The notes: a model not told the origin generated them from the sequence alone. Positions 37,251 through 47,281 are shown, numbered from the stretch's first letter. The stretch: 55,695 bases of DNA from Candidatus Taylorbacteria bacterium RIFCSPHIGHO2_02_FULL_43_32b (GCA_001820955.1 MHRK01000047.1:1-55695), one strand, 5' to 3'. Numbers and translations: made by a program.

Positions 37251-37946
37251 ATGTTAGAAACATGGAGTGAAGCCTTGCAAACAGCTTTTGAGGATTTATG
37301 GCTCGGTGTTCTCAATTTTGTTCCCCGATTGGTTATGGCCCTGATCATTTTTTTGGTGGGTTGGGCGATAGGGGCGCTTTTGGATAAGGTAGTTGCCCAA
37401 GTTGTCAGCTCTTTGAAGATTGACGCAGCTCTTCGCCGCGCGAAATTGGATGAACTGCTTCAGAAAGCCGGTTACAATCTCAATTCCGGTATGTTTTTGG
37501 GCGGACTCGTAAAATGGTTTGTCATAGTCGCCTTTCTTATCGCTTCCGTTGATGTCCTTGGTCTTCAGGGGGTCAATGATTTTCTTGTCCGGGTTGTTGA
37601 GTATTTACCGAATGTCATAGTTGCCGCCCTTATAATATTAGTTGCCGCGATTATTGCTGAGATTGTACAGAAAGTTGTGGTTGGGGCGGCCCAAGCCGCC
37701 GCAATCGGCAATGCCAGTTTCGCCGGCTTGGTTGCCAAGTGGTCAATCTGGGTTTTTGCCATCATGGCCGCTTTGCTTCAGCTTCAGATTGTCGCTCCGT
37801 TTATTCAGACATTGTTTACCGGAATTGTTGTGGCTATCGCGCTTGGACTCGGACTATCATTCGGTCTTGGTGGTCAGGAAGCTGCCGCAAGAGCTATTGA
37901 AAAGGTGACGACAGAGATTTCAAACAGGAGGCACCATCAGGGGTAA
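37251..37946 (+). CDS. Conserved TM-helix repeat protein (CmpX/MscS-associated)
   Basis: Two 'FVPRLVMALIIFLVG' / 'YLPNVIVAALIILV' repeats and 'LSFGLGG'. Confidence 0.8.
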   Translation: MLETWSEALQTAFEDLWLGVLNFVPRLVMALIIFLVGWAIGALLDKVVAQVVSSLKIDAALRRAKLDELLQKAGYNLNSGMFLGGLVKWFVIVAFLIASVDVLGLQGVNDFLVRVVEYLPNVIVAALIILVAAIIAEIVQKVVVGAAQAAAIGNASFAGLVAKWSIWVFAIMAALLQLQIVAPFIQTLFTGIVVAIALGLGLSFGLGGQEAAARAIEKVTTEISNRRHHQG

Positions 37947-38260
37947 GAATTATGAATTAGGAATAATGAATTAAGGTAAAGACCAGATTCAAGATTCAGA
38001 ATAAAAGAAAAAGCCGCCGTGTCCGAAAGGTCACGGCGGTTTTCGTTGAACGGGGCGTGCACTTTTCGGTTTCGTCTATCGAGGCGCCCCTTGAAGAACA
38101 TTATACCTGTGGCCGTTGATAGACCACTTAAAATAATTCCGAAAAGTAGACCAAATATAATTGATCGGGAAGTGACGGGTTCCCAGAAATCCCTGGTTAA
38201 GTGGGCGACAGGCAGCCAAATGATAAAACCGATCAGGAAGCAGATAGTTCCAAAGAGCAT
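37937..38260 (-). CDS. Small two-TM hypothetical protein (3' end doubtful)
   Basis: Two hydrophobic segments. The ORF runs on through the terminator and a repeat arm. Confidence 0.35.
   Translation of the reverse strand: MLFGTICFLIGFIIWLPVAHLTRDFWEPVTSRSIIFGLLFGIILSGLSTATGIMFFKGRLDRRNRKVHAPFNENRRDLSDTAAFSFILNLESGLYLNSLFLIHNSYP
38011..38042. terminator. Bidirectional terminator-like hairpin
   Basis: AAGCCGCCGTG-tccgaaaggt-CACGGCGGTTT. Confidence 0.6.
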
Positions 38261-38681
38261 AATTTATAGGGTTGAGACGCAAACTTCTTTTAGGGTGGCA
38301 GGTTATTAAATTAGTGTCAAGAAAAATAAAACGGTTATTTGTCAACGATTTTGGCATAATTCCTTATTCCTAATTCATAATTCACCTTTTTTTCTTGCCA
38401 ACAAAGTGAGGCTTTGCTAGCCAAAAAGCCTTGCGCAGGCCGACGGGCCGAGCAGAGAAATTTGCCAGCAGGCAAATATTCGTGTTTTTGGGGAGCAAAG
38501 TCGAACGATATCCACACCCTATCCACGTCCATTTTCGGCCAAAAGATTTCCCCGTAGTGAAATTTGGCCTCGTGACTTTGGCGTTTAGTCTAAAATATCG
38601 TTGGTAAATAAGCATTCTACCGGTCTATTGCTATAAAGGGCTTGCTGTGTCACAAAGCAAGGCCAAATTCTACTACGGGGT

Positions 38682-38709
38682 TTGACAGTTTTTGGCCTAT
38701 CTGTATAAT
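38682..38709 (+). promoter_or_regulatory. Consensus sigma70 promoter for the 23S-tRNA-5S transcript
   Basis: TTGACA, 16-bp spacer, TATAAT. A 16-bp spacer is typical of rrn promoters. Confidence 0.8.
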
Positions 38710-39452
38710 GGCTCCTATTCAGAATATGTTAATAAAAATCCAAACTTTAAAGCGGCAGAGATGATAGCGCCATTTAGGTGTTGACACTCTGGAGCCCGCT
38801 AAAAAGCGGGATTTTTAGTCCCGAAAGGGTACTCAGCAGGGCTTGTTGATTGACAAAGAATGACGTTTTGCTAAGCAAAACGCAGAGTTATGAATCAAAG
38901 AATAATGAATCACGGCCGAAAATTGCGAAGCAATTTTCGGAAAACCATAATTCATAATTCATCCTTCATTATTCTGCGCCTAGTGTAGCCAGGCGCATTT
39001 ATCCTGTCGCGACGATCAAGATATCAGGTCTTTTCAATGTCGCAGACAGTTGGTTCTTCGCCTTAGTTGGCGGAGACCATAAACCATTCTGCCTAAGAAA
39101 CAGAATGGGTTAATCAGGTAAAGAAGAAGACGTTGTTGGAGCAAGAGGCTCTAGGCTTTAGGCTCTAGGCTTTAGGATGGAAGAGAATTCTTTCCTAGTG
39201 CCTAGTGCCTATCTACCTAGTGCCTAATTTGATTTCATACAACGGGACAAAACGTTCGAACTGCGAGTGGTCGCGGTGCGAACGGTGGTTAAAATATTTC
39301 CTAACAGGAAATAAGAGCATATGGTGGATGCCTTGGCTCGAGAGAGGCGATGAAGGACGTAGCGTGGCTGCGATAAGCTTCGGGGAGGTGCCTAGCAACC
39401 TTTGATCCGGAGATGTCCGAATGGGGAAACCCTGCGGCGTAAAACGCCGTAA

Positions 39453-39644
39453 CCGAAGCATCACATGGAATGTGATGAAAAATGCAAAATGTAAATATCA
39501 AAATTAAAAATGACAGTTAAAAATGTAAAAATGAAAGAAATTGGAAAATGTTTTTGTTTTCAATTTTAAAAATTTGCATTGTCATTTTACACTTTGATTT
39601 TTTAATTTTAAATTTAAAGCATCGCGTTTCGCGCGATGCTTCGG
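39453..39644 (+). other. 23S insertion 1 (ORF-less hairpin, helix 9-10 region)
   Basis: CCGAAGCATCACATGGAATGTGATG...GCATCGCGTTTCGCGCGATGCTTCGG enclosing a family-A repeat. Confidence 0.8.
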
Positions 39645-39744
39645 AGCGTACCCTGGGAAGTAAAACATTTCAGTACCAGGAGGAGTAGAAACTAATCAGC
39701 ATTCCGTAAGTAGCGGCGAGCGAAAGCGGAGAAGCCCAAACCCG

Positions 39745-39907
39745 GCCGCATCTCATTGCATTCGATGCGGAATTCTTAATTTTTAAATTTTGTAATTTTT
39801 TAAATAATTTTCTAATTTCTGAATGTTTACACATTTGGTCATTGGGATTTGTTTAGAAATTAAAAATTAGAAATTAGAAATTCCACTCGAGCGTAGCGAG
39901 ATGTGGC
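39745..39907 (+). other. 23S insertion 2 (ORF-less hairpin, ~E. coli 270-280 region)
   Basis: GCCGCATCTC...GAGATGTGGC enclosing an AT-rich inverted repeat related to 44336-44441. Confidence 0.75.
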
Positions 39908-40216
39908 AGGGGGTTGTAAGGTAACGGCGTCGGTTTTATATCGAGAAGAGTTACAAAATTGTTTGTTAATTGAATCTGCTGGAAAGCGGAGCCCAAGAAG
40001 GTGATAGCCCTGTAAGTGAAAATAAACAATCTCTTTTGCCGTTATTCTTGAGTACTTCGAGACACGAATAGCTCGGAGGAATCTGCCGGAACTAACCGGT
40101 AAGGCTAAATACTCATCGAGACCGATAGTGAACTAGTACCGCGAGGGAAAGGTGAAAAGCAGTCCGTTGAGGACGATGAAATAGACCTGAAACCATATTG
40201 CTTACAAAGAGTTGTA

Positions 40217-40373
40217 GCGGGCGCATCACATGGGATGTGATGCGGATATGAATTATGAATAAGGAATTATGAATTATGCCGGGAAAATTGCGTAGCAATT
40301 TTCCCCAACCATTATTCATAATTCATACTTCTTAATTCATGCTTGAGCATCGCGTTTCGCGTGATGCGTCCGT
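40217..40373 (+). other. 23S insertion 3 (helix 25 region)
   Basis: GCGGGCGCATCACATGGGATGTGATGC...GCATCGCGTTTCGCGTGATGCGTCCGT. Confidence 0.8.
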
Positions 40374-40987
40374 GGCAGCGTGCCTATTGAAGAATGAGCC
40401 AACGAGTTGATGCATTCGGCGAGGCGAACTCCCGTTAAAGGAGGAAGCCGTAGGGAAACCGAGTGTTAATAGCGCGAATAGTCTAATGCATCAGACCCGA
40501 AGCCAAGTGAGCTTGCCTTGAGCAGGATGAACCCTCGAGAAATCGAGGGGAAGGTCCGAACGCTAGAGCTGTGCAATACTCTGCGATGACTTGAGGTAAG
40601 AAGTGATAAGCTAATCGAACTTGGTAATAGCTGGTTCTCTCCGAAATAGCTTTTGGGCTAGCGTCGAGTGATCCTTTAAGGGGTAGAGCACTGGATGGTC
40701 TGGACAGGTCGAAAGACCGCTAGACCAATCAAACTCCGAATACTTAGAGTTATAACTCGGCAGTTACACCGTGGGGGCGAAGCTTCACTGGTGAAAAGGG
40801 AAACAGCCCGGATCTCCAAATAAGGTCCCTAAATTTATGCTAAGTGCATCACAAGGTGGTGAAATTTCTCAAACAATGAGGATGTCGGCTTAGAAGCAGC
40901 CATCATTCAAAGAAAGCGTAACAGCTCACTCATCGAGAGATTTTGCGCCGAAGATAATCGGGGCTAAGCATAGTACCGAATTTGAGG

Positions 40988-41137
40988 GCACAGGAAGCAT
41001 CACATTGCATGTGATGCGAATTATGCAGTATGAATTATGAATTAAGGTTTTCGGAAAATCGCTTTGCGATTTTCCTCCATAATACATAATTCATTATTCA
41101 TAATTCGGCATCGTGCGTAGCGCGATGCTTCTCGTGC
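40988..41137 (+). other. 23S insertion 4 (helix 45 region)
   Basis: GAAGCATCACATTGCATGTGATGC...GCATCGTGCGTAGCGCGATGCTTC just before GGTAGGAGAG. Confidence 0.8.
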
Positions 41138-41672
41138 GGTAGGAGAGTTTTCGCATCTGCTGTGAAGGTGAAGGGGTGACCCACACTGGAGCGTTGCGAA
41201 GTAAGAATGTTGGCACAAGTAACCACATTAGGGGTGAGAAACCCCTACGCCGAAATACCAAGGTTTCCTTGGCAATGATTGTCAGCCAAGGGTTAGTCGG
41301 TCCTAAGGGAATGGCGAAAGCCGCACCCGATGGATATACGGTTAATATTCCGTAACTTTCGTGCGAAACGATGAGATGACGAAGTGTAGTATGCTCTGCG
41401 CATTATTGGATTTGACGTTTGACGCGTCAGGACGGCTTTTAGGTAAGTCCGGGAGCCTGCCTTTAATGGCGATTCCAAACGCGGCAAGAATCCCAAGGGC
41501 AACCGAGGGAAATAGGGCAAAGCACGCTTCCGAGAAAAGTCTCTAAGTTTATTCGCATGAAATCCGTACCGCAAACCGACACAGGTGGTAACGTCGAGAA
41601 GACGAAGGCGAACGAGTGAAGGTTCTCCAAGGAACTCGGCAAAAAATCAGCCGTAACTTCGGAATAAGGCTT

Positions 41673-41986
41673 TCCAGCACCACTTTTTGGTTTTAAAATA
41701 TAGTTGTGTATTACGTCTATTTACAAAAACACACTGTAACCAAAGAGATTTATATTGGTAAAACAAATAATCTCAAGCGACGTTTGAGCGAACATAATAA
41801 CGGTGAACAAAAATCTACACATCGGAAAGATGGCGAATGGAAATTTGTTTATCTGGAGGTATATCGCTCAAAAAAAGATGCAGATGATCGTGAGATGAAG
41901 CTTAAGCATCACGGTCGTGCGAAACAAGAGCTATATAAAAGAATCAGCTCGTCGCTTGAAGATTAAAACCAAAAAGTGGTGCTGGA
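41673..41986 (+). other. 23S insertion 5 (helix 63 region), ORF-containing IVS with a perfect 24-bp closing stem
   Basis: TCCAGCACCACTTTTTGGTTTTAA / TTAAAACCAAAAAGTGGTGCTGGA. Confidence 0.85.
41706..41966 (+). CDS. Stand-alone GIY-YIG nuclease domain protein
   Basis: 'YYVY.......IYIGKTNNLKRRL.EHN.G......W..VY.E......A..RE..LK'. Confidence 0.88.
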   Translation: MYYVYLQKHTVTKEIYIGKTNNLKRRLSEHNNGEQKSTHRKDGEWKFVYLEVYRSKKDADDREMKLKHHGRAKQELYKRISSSLED

Positions 41987-42100
41987 TGCAACGAAAGACT
42001 GCTTGGCAACTGTTTATCAAAAACACAGCTCCCTGCGAACTCGTAAGAGGATGTATAGGGGGTGACACTTGACCAATGCCAGAAGGTCAAACGACGGCGT

Positions 42101-42253
42101 TGCGTGCATCACATGGAATGTGATGCGGGATGAATTATGAATAAAGAATTATGAATTATGGAGGAAAATCGCAAAGCGATTTTCCGAAAACCCTAATTAC
42201 TAATTCATACTACATAATTTAATTCTCACATCGCGCTTCGCGTGATGCACGTG
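42101..42253 (+). other. 23S insertion 6 (helix 68 region)
   Basis: TGCGTGCATCACATGGAATGTGATGC...CATCGCGCTTCGCGTGATGCACGTG. Confidence 0.8.
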
Positions 42254-42319
42254 GTGACTGTCGTAAGCCCTGGTGAATGTCGGCCTTAACTATAAGGGTC
42301 CTAAGGTAGCGCAATTCCT

Positions 42320-43381
42320 AAAAGACTGGGACCATCCAAAAGGGATGGAAAACTTGGCTGTATGCGGGAAACTCCGGTAGTATCTCGAGACTACTTTGTC
42401 GGGTATAATATGCCGATGAGTAAAAATGTTTCGAGTGGCTCCGATTTATGTCGGAGGCCGGACAATCCGCAGGAAACGTATGAAGTTAGTAATTTCTATT
42501 ATTCAGGATTCTTTGCAGCAGAAATGTCCTGTTCGATCATTAAAGCAACAAATCATCATCCAAAAGGCTATTACTATGCCGTTGATATAACGGTGTCGAA
42601 TGCGGATGTAAAGTTGCTGAAGAAGGTGAATCGGGCAGTCATGAAAGGCTCCGGGATTATAAGCCCCGTAAAAGGAGCTTTCAATCTTTCGGCGCGCGGA
42701 AAAGAAAAGGTTCGTATTGTCCTGGATTTTCTTCAGAAGTATCCGATTATTGTTGGCGATCTTGCTAAAAATCGGATAGCGATCTTAAGGAAGGCGCTTG
42801 CGTATCTTGATAATCATCAAGGGCACGTAACGCATGAAGAAAAAACAAAAATCATGGATACAATGCGGCGTAATCTCCGAATGCTAAAAGAAAAAGGAGT
42901 AATTGAAAAATCATTTGACGTCGAACCGGTGAATACTGATGCTGTTGGCTATTTCCTTTCAGGAGTAGCGGATGGTGAGGGTTCATTTGGGTCTAAAATG
43001 TCCGGTGATCGTAAGGAACCGTATTTTTTTGTCGCGATGAAAGATCAGAAAATTATTGATCTGTTCCGAAAATTTATAAATTACGGAAATGTTCGGGGGC
43101 GAAAAGATAAAGTGTTCCATTGCGAAATAAATAAACGGGATAAGCTAAAAGAAATTTGTACCTTATTTCTTTTGCGATATCCTTTGCATAACGCGCGACA
43201 AAAGGCGCGGTTGCGAGAACTTCAGCGGATCCTCAACGACTATACGCCAAGCCCCGCAATGGCGGGGATGATATAGTCTGAACTGCATGGCGACATGCAG
43301 AGTTCGGCTCGCGTCGAACCGCTTCGATTAATTTTAATCGGAGTCAAAATCTTGCACCCGCAAGGTTTCAGTAACAGAGTG
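42320..43381 (+). mobile_element. Group I intron after the U1943 equivalent, with a homing endonuclease ORF
   Basis: Splits AATTCCT|TGTCGGGTAAG and ends in G. Q (AATCCGCAGG), R (CTCAACGACTA) and S (GATATAGTCT) elements present. Confidence 0.9.
42362..43276 (+). CDS. Double-motif LAGLIDADG homing endonuclease
   Basis: 'YYSGFFAAEMS' (degenerate motif 1) and 'FLSGVADGEGSF' (motif 2). Start uncertain. Confidence 0.85.
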   Translation: MRETPVVSRDYFVGYNMPMSKNVSSGSDLCRRPDNPQETYEVSNFYYSGFFAAEMSCSIIKATNHHPKGYYYAVDITVSNADVKLLKKVNRAVMKGSGIISPVKGAFNLSARGKEKVRIVLDFLQKYPIIVGDLAKNRIAILRKALAYLDNHQGHVTHEEKTKIMDTMRRNLRMLKEKGVIEKSFDVEPVNTDAVGYFLSGVADGEGSFGSKMSGDRKEPYFFVAMKDQKIIDLFRKFINYGNVRGRKDKVFHCEINKRDKLKEICTLFLLRYPLHNARQKARLRELQRILNDYTPSPAMAGMI

Positions 43382-43697
43382 TGTCGGGTAAGTTCCGACG
43401 CGTTGAATAGTGTCATGTCTGAGCAACTGTCTCGGAGAACAGCTCGGTGAAAATACAGTACCGGTGAAGATGCCGGTTACCTGCAGCTAGACGAAAAGAC
43501 CCTGGAAGCTTTACTACAACTTGGTATTGAGTATATGTTTTTTATGCGTAGCGTAGACGTTAGGCTTTGAAGTGTCCCTTTCGGGGGGCATGGAGCCGCC
43601 AATGAAACAGCGTTCTTAAAAAATATATATTCTAACCTGTGCGGCAAAAACGTACGGGAACAGTATCTGGCGGGTAGTTTTGGTGGGGCGCTATCCT

Positions 43698-44657
43698 TGA
43701 GAACGTGAATTTTTTCGTGTTCTCAAACTATGGCGCCTCCGGCAAGGTTAATCTCTTGCGAAAAAAATAAAGTTAGAGGGCGTCATAAATTCAAAATGCA
43801 AAAATCAAAATGAAAAATGACCCCAGTAGCAGAGCAAATCTCGCTACGGGGCAGGCAATTGCAAAATGAAAAAATGACGGGTAAATCAGCGATATGCTGG
43901 GAAATCTGGTGTATCCGCAGCTACTTGGTGTACAATAGGAATGTTATAAATATCTAAATTTTTAATAACATGTCCGAAGAAATGCCAAGTGAAAATGCTA
44001 GCGGTGCAGAAAACCAGCAGGAATCTACTAACGAGCTTATTGAACGGTTTAGAAACCAACCAATTGAACAATATAAAATCGAGTTAATCAGAAAAGCCGA
44101 TGTAATTGAAAATAGGATTAGACATGTTAAAGACCTAATTCAAGAGTACGACGGAACTCATGGCGATATGAGTAGTATTTTTACGGGTCGATTGGGTGCA
44201 ATAGGAAGAAAACTTGATGAAATGGAGGAAGCCTTGGACTTTAATTTGAAGTCAGTAGCATTCATGAAAAGTCAGGAAAAGTAGTGGATATTCCTCAGAG
44301 ACCACCAGCTGATGCCTGTGAATACAGGAATGATTAATTTTTGAATTTTTCAATTTTTAAATAATGTTTCAATTTCTTAATGTTTAAGACATTGGGTTAT
44401 TGGGGTTTATTTAGAAATTAAAAATTAGAAATTAAGAATTCCGATGTACTCATCGGTTAATGTATGGTCCGAACTCTACCCTTCGATAAGGAGGGCTTGC
44501 CCGACTCAGGGCAAGTAGCGATATAGAGAGACAGGCAGAAATGTCCTGTCTGTAAACAAGATTTGTGCTTTCGTTTGCGCATGTATTCGTAGTCATTCGT
44601 TATGATTCGTATACATTCGTAGATTGGCACTTAATTTTGTTGTACACAACAAAATTG
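43698..44657 (+). mobile_element. Group I intron after the U2262 equivalent
   Basis: Splits GGGGCGCTATCCT|TCTAAAAAGTAACG and ends in G. R-like CTCAGAGACC and S-like TGTATGGTCC present. Confidence 0.8.
43970..44284 (+). CDS. Intron-encoded hypothetical helical protein (no endonuclease motif)
   Basis: 104-aa ORF between the Q-like and R-like elements. Confidence 0.55.
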   Translation: MSEEMPSENASGAENQQESTNELIERFRNQPIEQYKIELIRKADVIENRIRHVKDLIQEYDGTHGDMSSIFTGRLGAIGRKLDEMEEALDFNLKSVAFMKSQEK

Positions 44658-44898
44658 TCTAAAAAGTAACGAAGGAGTCTATTAAGGTTCCCTAGGCGCG
44701 AATGGAAACCGTGCCGATAGTGCAATGGCAAAAGGGAGCTTGACTGCGAGGGGGACATCCCAAGCAGGTGCGAAAGCAGAGCATAGTGAACCGATGGCCC
44801 GCGTTAGACGCGGCCAGAGATTATCGGACAAAAGCTACTCCAGGGATAACAGGCTAGTTCCGCCTAAGAGTTCATATCGACGGCGGAGTTCGGCACCT

Positions 44899-45286
44899 CA
44901 AATCGGGGCGCCATACCAGAAATGGTATTAGCTACTTCGACATAACACACAGGAGTGAACCCTGTTATGTTGTTGAAAAATATTGGCTTATAACGGTGGA
45001 ATCCTACGAATAAATTTTTTGCAAAATTTAGGCGAGGACAATCCCGTGGGAACCCAGCACCATTTATCGTAAGACGGTGAATGAAGTGGTGTTGGCGGCA
45101 GTGCTATTTATGTGACTATTTCCAGAAAGTAAATAAATGGTGCTGGACCCGTAGAGACTTTCTCGATGACCCAAATCGAGACTAGTCCGGAATAAATTTC
45201 CGGGCTAACACGCCAACTCCTCATCCTCCAAAAGAGGGAAGGAAGAAGATATAGTCCATACAATTGGAAACAATTGCTAAAAGATA
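44899..45286 (+). mobile_element. ORF-less group I intron after the U2500 equivalent
   Basis: Splits GGCACCT|CGATGTCGGC. P1 is GGCACCT/GGGGCGCC, R is CCGTAGAGACT and S is GAAGATATAGTCC. Confidence 0.88.
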
Positions 45287-45319
45287 CGATGTCGGCTTAT
45301 CACATCCCGGGGCTGTAGA

Positions 45320-45353
<34 letters not shown>

Positions 45354-45442
45354 TGCTACATGAGCTGGGTTCAGACCGTCGCGAGACAGGTTGGTCTCCT
45401 ATCTGCTGCAGGCGTTGATTCTTGAGGAGATTCGTTTCTAGT

Positions 45443-45890
45443 AAGTAATTGCTACTTTATGGAGTAATCCATAATGACAATTTGGCTAATAACGGTGGAA
45501 TCTTAAGGTTTTTGGTCTGTTGATAACCATATCGAACACGGTCCGGTGATTATGGTACAATTTACTTGAGGACCAGAAATATTTAAGACAATACCGTGGG
45601 AAGCATTAGGAAATTAAAAATGCAAATATCAAAATCAAAAAATACTGATTAAATTTTGCGAAAGCAAAATTTACAATCTGAATAGAATTTGTCCGCCTTC
45701 GGCGGACGCTTCAATTTTACATTTTGATTTTTAAACTTTACATTTTCTTTTGCCCCGTAACGACTGGAGTCCGCCTTATCGGCGGACGAAGATAGTGGTG
45801 GCGAACGATTTCGCGCCATTATAATATGCCAACGACCAATTAGATTGGTCGAAGATATAGTCTACACACGTAGTGATACGTGAATATGTG
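45443..45890 (+). mobile_element. ORF-less group I intron in the sarcin-ricin loop (after the U2656 equivalent)
   Basis: Splits CTAGT|ACGAGAGGACCG and ends in G. P1 TAGTAA/TTGCTA has a U.G pair. R is CCGTAACGACT and S is GAAGATATAGTCT. Confidence 0.88.
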
Positions 45891-46395
45891 ACGAGAGGAC
45901 CGAAACGAACTGACCTCTGGTGTACCTGCTGTCGTGCCAACGGCACCGCAGGGCAGCTATGTCGGGAACGGATAACCGCTGAAAGCATCTAAGTGGGAAA
46001 CCGCCTCCAAGATTAGGAATCGTTTAGACCCGTGGAAGACTACCACGTTGATAGGCTTTAGGTGTACGCACAGTAATGTGTTGAGCCGTGAAGTACTAAT
46101 CCGTCGATCTTGTTAGGAAATATTGGAGCCACAGGCTCTAGGTAGTAGAGCTCTAGGCTCTAGGTTGGAAGAAATTCTTTCCTAGCGTCTAGTGCCTAAA
46201 GTCTAGTGCCTAATTTGTCCCGTTGTGTGGAATTGATAGATGTCAGTTCCATTTGTACCTTGATTAAAATGTCCGCCAAAGGCGGATCAGCCGAGGAGGC
46301 TGAAAAAGCAGCGTAAAGCGTATAGCGTTTAGTTTGGAAGATTTTCCGGACTTAACGCTGTACGCTATTCGCTAAACGCTTTAAAGATTTTGGAC

Positions 46396-46470
46396 GCGCA
46401 TGTAACTCAGCGGTAGAGTATGGCTTTCGTAAGGCCAGAGTCATTGGTTCAAATCCAATCATGCGCTCCA
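46396..46470 (+). tRNA. tRNA-Thr(CGT)
   Basis: Acceptor GCGCATG/CATGCGC-TCCA, D arm ACTC/GAGT, anticodon loop TTCGTAA, T arm ATTGG-TTCAAAT-CCAAT. Confidence 0.9.
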
Positions 46471-46476
46471 AGCTTT

Positions 46477-46567
46477 CGGAGGGGTGGTGTAATGGGCTCT
46501 GGGCACATTAGTTGTTTCACTTGATGGGTGAGAATTTGTCCAAGTTCAAAACTTGCCCCTCCGCCCA
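46477..46567 (+). tRNA. Atypical tRNA-like gene (8-bp acceptor, 4-bp T stem; anticodon unassignable)
   Basis: CGGAGGGG/CCCCTCCG-CCCA, TGGTGTAATGG D region and CAAG-TTCAAAA-CTTG. The anticodon arm is poor. Confidence 0.45.
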
Positions 46568-46821
46568 ATTTTCGGGCTCCGTCCCTTCCGCGGGTGCGGA
46601 AACTGAGTGCCCGTAACTAACTGGGGCGCAACTAAGAATTAGAGGACAATCTTTCGTTCTCTTCTAGCTTAGTTGTCGCCCCGGTTAGAATTATGCTAAT
46701 CTCTTTGCATTAAAGGTTTTGTTCCCCAGTACAACAGCAAAGCTGTGTACGGGGCAGGCGGGTGATTTATTTCAGGGACTAAATCACGCAAAATTTTGAC
46801 AATATAATATTTGAACTCAAA

Positions 46822-47281
46822 GTCTCTGGTGCTTTGGCGAGAGGGAAACACCTCTTCCTCCGCCTCCGTAAAGCTTTGGCGGATTGCGATTTGTATCCAA
46901 TCGCTTCGCTTTTGGACAAATCGGGAACATTCCGACTTGCCCCGTCAGAAAAATTGAGTATATTGATAATTAGTTCACTTTTTTAGTCTGGTGACTTGAC
47001 GCGGTGGAAACACCTCTTCCCATTCCGAACAGAGCAGTTAAGCACCGTAGTACCGATGATACCCTTTGGTGGGAAAAGTAGGTAGTCGCCAGGCTAAAGT
47101 AGTGAACTCAATTTTTCTTTCCGGGGACAGAGCAGTTAAGCCTCTTAGCGCCGATGAGTCACGCATAATTTTCTGCTGAAAATTTGCGCGACCCCGCCTC
47201 GGGCCGCCGCCCTCCGGCTTTGAATCCTCCAGGTGTTCGGATTCAACCCTTTGGTGGGAAAAGTAGGTAAGTGCCAGGGAC
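46822..47281 (+). pseudogene. rrf: Fragmented outer 5S rRNA gene (four segments separated by three insertions)
   Basis: Segments 46822-46858, 46928-46935, 47127-47157 and ~47246-47281 join into a full 5S sequence collinear with the inner copy. Confidence 0.8.
46984..47096 (+). rRNA. rrf: 5S rRNA (intact inner copy)
   Basis: CTGGTG...CACCTCTTCCCATTCCGAACAGAGCAGTTAAGC...GGGAAAAGTAGGTAGTCGCCAG with paired ends. Confidence 0.93.

Noticed and set aside
38710..39299. 16S rRNA remnant or a known ncRNA in the 23S leader
   Set aside because: No 16S, tRNA, tmRNA, RNase P or SRP motifs were recognisable. Only hairpins and repeat elements are present.
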